Source of the DNA: Octopus sinensis | Taxonomy: Eukaryota | Assembly (NCBI RefSeq): GCF_006345805.1 | Contig: NC_043003.1 | Span: 4,960,001-5,024,000 of the forward strand | Length of the DNA: 64,000 nt | Direction of reading: 5' to 3' | Shown here: one piece after another, positions 54,241 through 64,000 of the stretch | Layout of the letters: the number at the start of each line of letters is the position of its first letter | Numbering within the stretch: position 1 is the stretch's first letter | Position numbers and translations under genes: made by a program | Notes under the pieces: generated by a model | Database searches by the model: none | What the model saw: only the letters and a program-made list of their open reading frames with translations | Told to the model about the DNA's origin: nothing

Positions 54241-55075
54241 ATGCCCTGATGCAGTACCAGACAGTGGCTCTCATGGCTTCTGATCTTAACTGATTGGAAG
54301 TGTTATCATGTACATTGTTTTGTCTTGGTATATAAGATGGGCTACAGCAAATATTCTGCTCAATACCACAGATTTGCTTGTCAGTTGTTTGGCCGTAACC
54401 AGTTGAGCATGTCCCTTAGTGGCTGACAATATGTGCATCTCTGATCACAAGCAGAAGTAGTGGGGGAGCATCATAGCCATGTGCTGAGAGGGATTCTTTG
54501 GGCTTTGAATAATTCACCTTTGGAAACATGGGTATTTTGTTCAACATTCTTAAACAACCCTTGCTCATGGACCTTTTGAGCGGGATGGGTTACTCGACCA
54601 GAAGAAAATTCTAACTGGGCCCCACCTGCAAGGTTATGCGCTGTTTATCTTGATATGAGATCACCATGTCGTGCACATATGGGTGTGATGCATGTGCCTG
54701 GTATACCCTTATCAGACGGGTAGTCATGATGTGTATACTGGGCTTCGTATATTTTACCCCAGTGTCGTTTTGATGGCATGCACTGCTCTCTCACTCAATA
54801 ATAATAATAATAATAATAGTTCATCATCCTTAAACAACCCTTATTCAGGGACCTTTTGAGCGGGATGGGCTACTCAACCTGAAGAAAATTCTAACTGGGC
54901 CTCACCCGCAAGGTCACGCGCTGTTTATCTTGATATAAGGTTACTATGTCGCGCACATGCGGTTGTGATGCATGTCCCTGGCATACCTTTATCAGACGGG
55001 TAGTCATGATGGGTATACTGGCTTTCGTATATTTTGCCCACTGTTACTTTGATGGCATGCAATGCTCTCTCACTC
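54241..55075 (+). mobile_element. Two copies of a non-coding (AAT)n-tailed element (54241-54796 and 5'-truncated 54819-55075)
   Basis: 54819-55075 matches 54539-54796; both end ctctctcactc(aat)n. Confidence 0.8.
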
Positions 55076-55101
55076 AATAATAATAATAATAATAATAATA
55101 A

Positions 55102-58075
55102 TAGAAAAAGAGGAAAGTAGACGGACAGATGGAGACATGGTGGAAGCGCAGAATTGAAGGCGATATTTTAACTTTGCGTAAAGATCTGAACCGCATAAAA
55201 GAGCGGTCCAAAGGGCAATGGAAAACCGGAAAAATAAAATGCAACTGCATATCTGGACGTGAAGTACCAAATAGAAACGAAAGTGTTCAAAACTATCATC
55301 GAAACCCTAAAATATTAAAGGTGCAGCGCTACACTGATCGCATGTCGCAGTTCCAGCAAAACTGGTTTTACTCAAATAATCAGAGGCAGTTTTTGTAAGG
55401 GCTTAGGGAGAAATACAGAAGATAATACACCTCCTGAAGTAGAAGAAACCCGCAAAATTTGGGATAACATCTTGGGGAGAGAGGTTTCGCATAAGCACTG
55501 TGCTGAGTGGGTCCGTTCTGTGAGATCCGAACTCCATCTATCGGAGGCTCCACGAGAGGACCACGTGAGCATACCAACGGAAGATATAATTGCACAGATA
55601 TTAAAAGTGCCAAACTGGAAAGTGGCAGGACCAGACGGAATTCAAGGCTATGGGCTGGAGTCGTTTGGGTCAATACGCGAGTATTGCGTTGCAATTAGAC
55701 AATTGCTTACAGAGCCGTGCAGATCCTGCGTTAATGAAAGATCGATCAAAGAGCAATGAGGTTCGCAATTACCAATAAATTGCTTGACTTAACTCTCTAT
55801 GGAAAGTATTAACAGGTACTCTCCCAGGGAAAAGATATACACTCCTTGCGGAAAACAATCTGTTGCCAGTAGAACAAAAGGGTGCCGAAAAGGATCCAAG
55901 GGTACCAAGATGTGGGAACTACGGAAGTCAAACATAAAGATTATCCCTATTGTCATCGGAGCGTTGGGTTCAATACCACCCAATCTGAAAAAAACATCTG
56001 AAAACTTTAGAAATACCCTACAACCCAGATGTATTGCAGAAGTCGGCATTACTTGGAACTGCACCCATATTGCGTAAAGTAGTCTGTCTGAGGTCTTTGT
56101 TGTGACTTGAAACCCCCGGTAGACACAATGTCTTCAATCAACAACCTCACCATTTCGAATGCTGTGCGACGTCTATGATGATAATAATAATGATAAGACG
56201 TTATAATGAAGAACTGTAAACGGTATCCCCAAATACTAATGCATGGACTGGATAGACTTCAAAAAGGCTTACGATATGTTGCCGCATTCGTGGATTTTGG
56301 AAACACTCGACATGTGTGGAATAGTTGAGAACATATGTGCCCTGATAATGAACAGCATGCCTAGTTGATAAACACGTCTTTCCTGTAACAACCAGCACTT
56401 AGCCGAGATAACAATCAAAAGAGGTATCTTCCAAGGAGACTCTTCTTCACCTCTGTTATTTGTTATAGCCTTCATGCCACTTTCTGTAGTCCTACGCATA
56501 ATCAACATGCACTATGAGCTGAGAAAGAATGGACCCCGTCTCAATCCCGTTCTCTCCGTGGATGATTTAAAACTGTTCGCAAAAACAGAGCCTGAAATGA
56601 AGAGGCTGGTTGAGAGTGTGCAAATATGTAGCAAGGATATAAGGATGGAATTCGGTATCTCGAAGTGTGCGGTGTTTACTTTGAAGCGGAGGAAAAGCGA
56701 AAATCGCAGGGGTATAGAATTGCCAAACGGAGAGAGAATGGAAGATCTGGATGATGATGGGTACAAGTACTTCGGGATCCAGGGGCTGGACAATATCTTG
56801 CATAAAGAAATGAAAGACAAGGTCATCACTGCATATTTTAAGCGCCTCAAACTCCTCTTGAAATCAAAATTGAACTCAAGGAAACTTGTGACTGCCATCA
56901 ACAAATGGGCTGTTGCTGGAGTCCGCTATAGTGAACCCATTCTGAGATGGACACAAGCGGAGGTTGACCAACTCGATCACACTACCCGAAAGACAATGAC
57001 AATATATAGTGCCCTCCACCCTAAGGTAAATGTACACAGGCTCTGCCTTAGAGTACGGGAGTGCATCAACATTGAAAGAAAAACATGGTAGAATGTTTGG
57101 TATACAGCAAAAAAGAACTACTACAGTATGCTGCTAGTGCCGAAGGAATTAACAAAAATGGACCTGAGAAGAGTGCTCATGAATTTCGATCAAGAATAGC
57201 CAACGAGAGAGACGAAACCCTACGCCGTATGGAATTACATAGTTAGAATCTCTGCGAAACCAAAGAATTAAAAGACCAGGAAGCGTCATGGAGGTGGCTC
57301 ATCAAAGGTGACCTAAAAATGAATGCTGAAAACATAATCATCGCTCCCCAGGAATTAAATACCCATTCAGCAGCAAAGAATATATATACCACACAAGTGC
57401 ACCAGATCTCTGCAAAATGAGTGAGAAGAGGGTCGAAAGCGTGAATCACATTGTTAGAGCTTGGGAAAGACTTGCGCAGAAAGAGTACAAGCATAGACAT
57501 GACAAGGTAGTCCAAAACCTCCACTGGCTACTATGCTGTAAGTATTGATATGAGGTTAGGGGTTCTTGGTACCAACATATACCGGAAAAGATAATGGATG
57601 AAAAGGGGAAGACAAAAATCCCCAGGGACTTTTGATTTCCAGGTAGGCAGGGTGTTAGAGCACCGAAGGCCGGATAATAGTAACCTTTAGGAGGGACAAA
57701 ATAAGATTGCCTAATAATTGACGTAGCAGTGCCAGGAGATCAACATATTATGAAAGAAAGAGAAAAGGTTGATAAATAAGGAGACCAGAGAATTGAGATC
57801 TCTAAGATGTGGCAGCTACGAGAGTCAAACATAAAGATTATCCCTATTGTCATCGGAGCATTGCGTTCAATACCTCCCAATCTGAAAAAAACATCTGAAA
57901 ACCGTAGAAATACCCTACAATCCAGATGTATTGCAGAAGTCGGCATTACTTGGAACTGCACTCATATTGCGTAAAGTAGTCCGTCTGAGGTCCTTGTTGT
58001 GACTTGACAAACCCCGGTAGACACAATTTCTTCAATCAACAATCTCACCATTCCGTATGCTGTGCGACGTCTATG
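55102..58075 (+). mobile_element. Decayed Dong/R4-clade LINE (RT, zinc knuckle region, RLE) in (AAT)n
   Basis: WWKRRIEGDI, NWKVAGPDGIQG, EQKGCRKGSKGT, WIDFKKAYD, GIFQGDSSSPLLF, VDDLKLFA, YKHRHDKV, RPD, KIIPIVIGAL. Confidence 0.92.
55907..56192 (+). mobile_element. Extra copy of the same element's 3' end nested in the RT region
   Basis: About 90% match to 57804-58085, with its own (GAT)(AAT) tail. Confidence 0.85.
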
Positions 58076-58112
58076 ATGATGATAATAATAATAATCATAA
58101 TAATAATAATAA

Positions 58113-58467
58113 TTGGGGGACAGTCGATTACATCGACCCCAATACTCAACTGGTACTTAATGTATCGACTCCAAAAGGATGAAAGGCAAAGCCGACTTCG
58201 GCGGTATTTGTACCCAGAGAGTAGCGGTAGACGAAACACCGCTAAACATTTCGCTCAGCGCGCTAACAATTTGTCAGATTGCCGCCTTAATAATAATAAT
58301 AATGGTGATAATGATTTAAAGTTTGGCTCTGGTACTTATTTTATCGCCCCCAGAAAGGATGAATGTTAAAGACGACGTCTGCAGAATATGGACTTAGAAC
58401 GTGAATTCAGATGAAATACTGCTAAGCATATCGCTCGGCGTGCTAACGATTCTGCTAGCTCACCGCT
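58113..58467 (-). mobile_element. Two adjacent SINE family 1 copies (58113-58286 and 58329-58467)
   Basis: Both carry inverted Meta-like centre and head sequences; (AAT)n between and around them. Confidence 0.8.
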
Positions 58468-58522
<55 letters not shown>

Positions 58523-58633
58523 TAATATATTCCTCAAACCATTTCGAATGGTTAACAGATGCTCTTTTCTGTTTTCGGTTTTTCGTTTGTTTTACCCCTG
58601 TTAACCATTCGAAATGGTCTGAGGAATATATTA
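58523..58633. repeat. Small foldback with 36-bp arms, flanked by (AAT)n and (ATT)n
   Basis: Arms 58523-58558 and 58598-58633. Confidence 0.8.
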
Positions 58634-58994
58634 TTATTATTATTATTATTATTATACATATAACATTTAATCCAGAAACTTTGAGCAAATAGACAAGAAC
58701 ACAGAATGACATAAGAAAGGATTGTTATACAAAAAGGTCCTGGCCGCTATACAGTGGATTCTCGCATACGTAAGATCGCAGGTTGAAATACATGAATTAG
58801 TTTCGATTACCCGTCCAACAAAAGACAATATATATATTATACGACAACGAATTCTAAAAAAACAGAAAAAGGATTTTTAAAAAATTAATTCAATGAAGAT
58901 ATCTCCAACAACAAAACAACAAGAGCCACTCGGAGTTTTGGAACATAAAGATAACCGAATTAGAAACCGATCGTCAAACTGAACCAGCTGGAAC

Positions 58995-59034
58995 AAAATA
59001 CATGTTTCAACCTCGTTGGTGTTCATCAGTGAGC
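58995..59034 (-). ncRNA. Minimal hammerhead-like motif (helix I decayed)
   Basis: Minus strand: ca CTGATGA acacc-aacga-ggtt GAAA catg TA tttt. Confidence 0.5.
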
Positions 59035-59659
59035 CACAAGCTGGCGATATATAGAAATGACTATGTTTATGAACATACGTATACTCACACACATACACAC
59101 ACACAAATATCTGTATATCTTTGCGCACATATATACGTATGTGTATATGTATATGCGTTATATATGCACACACTCGATATGCGTACGATTCAGGGTATGT
59201 GTTAATTATTGAGCCATAGTTTGTGAGTGTGTGCATGTAAGTGTTTTTCTCTGTGTATGTGTGTGTGAGAAATATATACAAACATTAATCAACGGCATTG
59301 ATTAGAATGCAGACGATAAACAATCTACAATAAATATCCGTAATAACACTCGATCGCGCAACATTAGCCTTGCATGGCTTTAGATTTAGCAGTGCACTCG
59401 GATTTCTACAAATTTTCTAGACAACTATAAATGGAGTATCTAACTCGGAATCAAATTACCTCTTTTCTCAGGTTCAGCTAAGTTAAGACATTGTTAAAAG
59501 CACTTCACTCCTAAAAAGATTCGGTTTGCTTTACAATGAAGGTGTTGCTCTTCCGACTTTTGTTAATAATACTCATGATCTCAAAAATTTCACCCTCGTG
59601 TCACTCACCATGATTACATGCAGTTCATAGCTGACATTTTCCATTTGTTTACTTACATT

Positions 59660-59711
59660 CATACGTACATATATATGTGTATGCATATATATATATGTAT
59701 ACATATATATA

Positions 59712-59761
<50 letters not shown>

Positions 59762-60618
59762 ACATATATACATATATATATACATATATGTATACATATA
59801 TACATATATATATATACATATATATATATGTATACATATATACATATATATATGCATATATGTATACATATATACATATATATATATATTATATATATAT
59901 ATGTATACATATACATATATATATACATATATATATATATATGTATACATATATACATATATATATACATATATATATATACATATATACACATATATAT
60001 ACATATATACACATATATATACACACGCATATATATATATATACATTCATATATATATACGTACATTCATATATATATACATACATTCATATATATACAT
60101 ATGTATACATACATATACATATATATATACATATGTATACATACATATACATATATATATATACATCTATATATATATATGTATATATATATATATGTAT
60201 GTATGTATATATATGTGTAAGTGTGTATACAAATATATATATATGCTTCTTCTTTAGAGAGACATTAGTTCATTATCTGATCAGTCCATGCTTCATCATT
60301 ATCCAATCTAGTCCAACATATAACATACATAGAATAACATGATAACGCAAAGAAATAATTGAAGAAATAAATATATAATGAATACCATAGGAAATAAATA
60401 GAGAAATAAATAGAAAAATCGCTACGTAAATTGTTCATTGTCTGATATTGAGATATAGACATTCCAGAAAGAATGATACTTACGCGTTCGGTGAGTGGCT
60501 TCTGGAAAAACAATATTTTAATAACATGAAAAAAATGTCTATTTCAAATGTACATGTATATATATATATGTTGATATTGATATTTATATATCGAGATATA
60601 TCGAGATATATATATAAT

Positions 60619-60662
<44 letters not shown>

Positions 60663-60684
60663 TATAGATATATATTGATACATA

Positions 60685-60766
<82 letters not shown>

Positions 60767-61045
60767 ATTATATTATATATATGAATGTATGTATACATAT
60801 ATATACATGCACATAATATATATATATTCACACATATGTTGACTATATTCCATGGGTAAATGCGTGCAAAATAATTTATAAGTGAAGATAGCCAAGAGCA
60901 GTGTGCCGCTTAATTCCTGTTAAATAAGAGCGAAAATATAAAGAAATAGAAATAAAATGATGAACAGTTATGGTGTGATGAATGATAAATGGGAGTGTGA
61001 ACGGGAGTGAATACAACAATGATAATAATAATAATAATAATAATA

Positions 61046-61083
<38 letters not shown>
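59660..61083. repeat. (TA)n/(TACA)n fields and (AAT)n
   Basis: Direct inspection. Confidence 0.9.
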
Positions 61084-61086
<3 letters not shown>

Positions 61087-62601
61087 TTACCACTTCCGGT
61101 AATCGTGACCGGAATTAGTCACTCGCCATGTTAAAAAAAATATGCTGAGTTAGTCACAAAAGTATACACTTTACATATTATATGGGAAGTAATTATACGT
61201 GAGTTATGAGGAGCTACGGTTTTTCTTTTTGTTTTACATTGTAGTTGAAGTTTTGCTATGTATATGGTTCTTGGCCGACACTGTAAATTTGCTTTAGTTT
61301 CTATGTAGAAAACTTTAAAAAGAAAAATGTGGAGATGTGTTGCTTTATTGGTCGCAAAATGTTTGGTGTACATACGATAAGTCATTCTCCTAACAAGAAT
61401 CGTATAGTTGCTGAAATTGAAACGGGTGTGAGATATGTTTGAAATGATGTAAGGAACATAATTATATATTTTAAAATGTGGTGTTTCCTGGGGACCAACT
61501 TTTCATAAGGGAGATAGACAATTCAAAAATCAATCTTGTTGAGTTAGGAGTTCGAATTTTAAGTCTATGAGTATTGAGGAAGATGCGTCGAATATACAGA
61601 GTTAATATTTTTTCTTGCTCGTTACAAGGTTGTCAAAATTTCTAGTCCGGCTTAATCGTGTATAAAACCATTTCATTATCATTTTAAATCGTCAACATGA
61701 TGAAACTCCTGTCAAAAAAATTAAACTAAATCATATGGTTGTTGTAATTAAAATGGGCTTGCAGTTTTGAGAATGATTTATAATGATATATCGCTCATAA
61801 TTATGTAGTTGTAATTAAAATGGGTTTACAACTAAGGCTAATTATAATATTACACCACATATATCTTTTATATCATTAAGCTAACATTAATGAATATTTA
61901 TTGATAACTAGGTAGGTCTGTCATGAATCATTCCAGCGATCTAAGCGGTCTCAAGGCTAGCTCTGTCTCTGATAAACATTCTATAGACGACTGAGTCCTT
62001 TTTCTTTCTGTGCATGTTATGTTAACGATATCTGGCTACTGGCAGCAGGTTGAAACTGAACTGGTAAGAGTAGTTTAGTGTTGCACGCGATATGCAACAT
62101 CAAGCCGACCATGATTTCACAACAAATATCTTAAACTCAATTAAATTCTTGTGATCTATACCTCGCCCTCTTTACTAACCAGTGTTCTGACAACATATCA
62201 AGAGATATTTTACAAAGACAGCTGAGTTTCAAAAGCTCCTTTTTTGGTACATAATCTCTTTTTGACTCAAATCAGTTGATCTTTATTAATCAACTTTTTA
62301 ATCTTTACAGATGATTGATAAAGATTCCCTCCTAGATTCAGTTTAATCAGGCGTGATCTTTCCTATAAAAAGGAAGTAAGGTGTTGGAATGTAATCTTCT
62401 TGTGGGTCGCTTTTTCTTAGTTTATCTCTAGAGTGACAAACTTTGTGATATATACGCATTTTCCAAAGATATGTTTACCGATAACATAACACCAAGGTCC
62501 GGGATTATTTCACTTAAATTTACATTTATATATATATATATATATGTATCATGTATTCAGATTACACTATATTCTCCAACTATCTAGCTATCTACTCCTC
62601 T

Positions 62602-62666
<65 letters not shown>

Positions 62667-62667
62667 T

Positions 62668-62715
<48 letters not shown>

Positions 62716-63014
62716 TATATTATATGTATGTCGAGAAGTCCTGATATCATTCTGATTTCTATTTGTTTGCACTGAGAGCCATTCCAAGGAAAATATTATG
62801 GGAGATGTGGAGCGTCACAGTGAGATTACAAATAGAGAAAGAGAGAGAGAGATAGAAAGAGAGAGAGAATGATAGGTCTTAATTACTGGTATCCGCAGAA
62901 AGCAGCTGATGTTATCCCTCAAACAACCAAATACACGCGACCATAATCGTATAACGGAAAACGTTTTATTACAGGTGCGCAAATGATCTTAGAATCCAAA
63001 TTCTTATTGACTTC

Positions 63015-63202
63015 AAATTTTGGAAGAAGTCCCAAAATTTCAAGGGAGGAGGTAAGTCGATTCCATCCATCCCAGTACTCAACTGGTTACCTATTTTATC
63101 GACCCTGAGAAGGTGAAAGACAAAGTGGACCTCGGCGGAATTAGGGTTAGGGTGCCGCTGAGTATTTTGTTTTGTGTTCTAACAATGCGACCAGCTCGCC
63201 GT
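63015..63202 (-). mobile_element. SINE family 1
   Basis: cccagtactcaactgg...ttttatcgaccctgagaaggtgaaagacaaagtggacctcggcggaatt...ccagctcgccg. Confidence 0.8.
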
Positions 63203-63304
63203 TTTAGCAGCCACATTAATATTATCCCTGGACCGAGGTCTTCTACACCACAACCCCTACCAAAACTAATTATAAAGCACATAATCACATAAATATTTTG
63301 AGAT

Positions 63305-63733
63305 ATAATATATATATATATATATATGTACATACATACACGCACAGATGAATAACTGCAAAGATGCACACATTCATATGTGTACACCCACCCACACATA
63401 CATACATATATGTATATATATACATATATATATATACACACATATATATACATATATATATATACATATATATACATACACATATATATATACATATATT
63501 TATATATATATATACACATATATATACATATATTTATATTTATATAAATATATATATACACATTACATACATATATTTATATATATATATATATATACAC
63601 ATATATATACATATATGTACACATATATGTAGATATATGTACATATATATACATATATGTACGTATATATATATATATATATAATTATATATATATATAT
63701 ATATTATATATAATATATATATAATTATATATT

Positions 63734-63776
<43 letters not shown>

Positions 63777-63805
63777 GTATGTATACAGGTGTATATATAT
63801 AGTTG
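63305..63805. repeat. (TA)n/(TACA)n microsatellite
   Basis: Direct inspection. Confidence 0.95.
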
Positions 63806-64000
63806 TGCATGAGTGTGCTATGTAAATGTCTGTGTGTGTGTGTGCCTGTGCATGTGTCTTTATACATATAAAGATATTCAAAGACACATCTATGTGTATT
63901 ACTTAATTCGATATTCTTTTCCTTTCAATCTCATCAGATCGTCTGTCTATCTGGGAATCTCTTTATAGTTTATTAACATTAATATAGATATTAATATTAA

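Noticed and set aside
61088-61132. ETS (acttccgg) and YY1-like (cgccatgtt) motifs suggesting a promoter
   Set aside because: Short motifs with no downstream exon or other support
832-63867. Dozens of long Y/I/H/T/C/M/V-rich ORFs
   Set aside because: Translations of stop-free (TA)n/(TACA)n/(TG)n microsatellites

Overview
AT-rich eukaryotic non-coding DNA. The SINE, LINE and microsatellite content suggests a cephalopod, probably Octopus (inference). No host exon, rRNA, true tRNA or CRISPR is recognisable, and almost all long ORFs in the track are (TA)n/(TACA)n artefacts. The window holds huge microsatellites, several tRNA-derived SINE families, decayed CR1-like and Dong/R4-like LINEs, a Helitron helicase fragment and a Penelope-like (PLE) GIY-YIG fragment. 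The main signal is about 15 type I hammerhead ribozyme (HHR) motifs, intact to decayed, from several unrelated sequence families. Most lie in short non-coding elements inserted into (TA)n tracts, in three architectures: (i) foldback elements with inverted arms and a one-sided extension, (ii) a retrozyme-like tandem with a 473-nt HHR-to-HHR monomer, and (iii) a tRNA-headed SINE carrying an HHR. A truncated PLE with inverted HHR-bearing pLTRs has the same layout and is the candidate mobiliser. All calls and identity estimates were made by eye.
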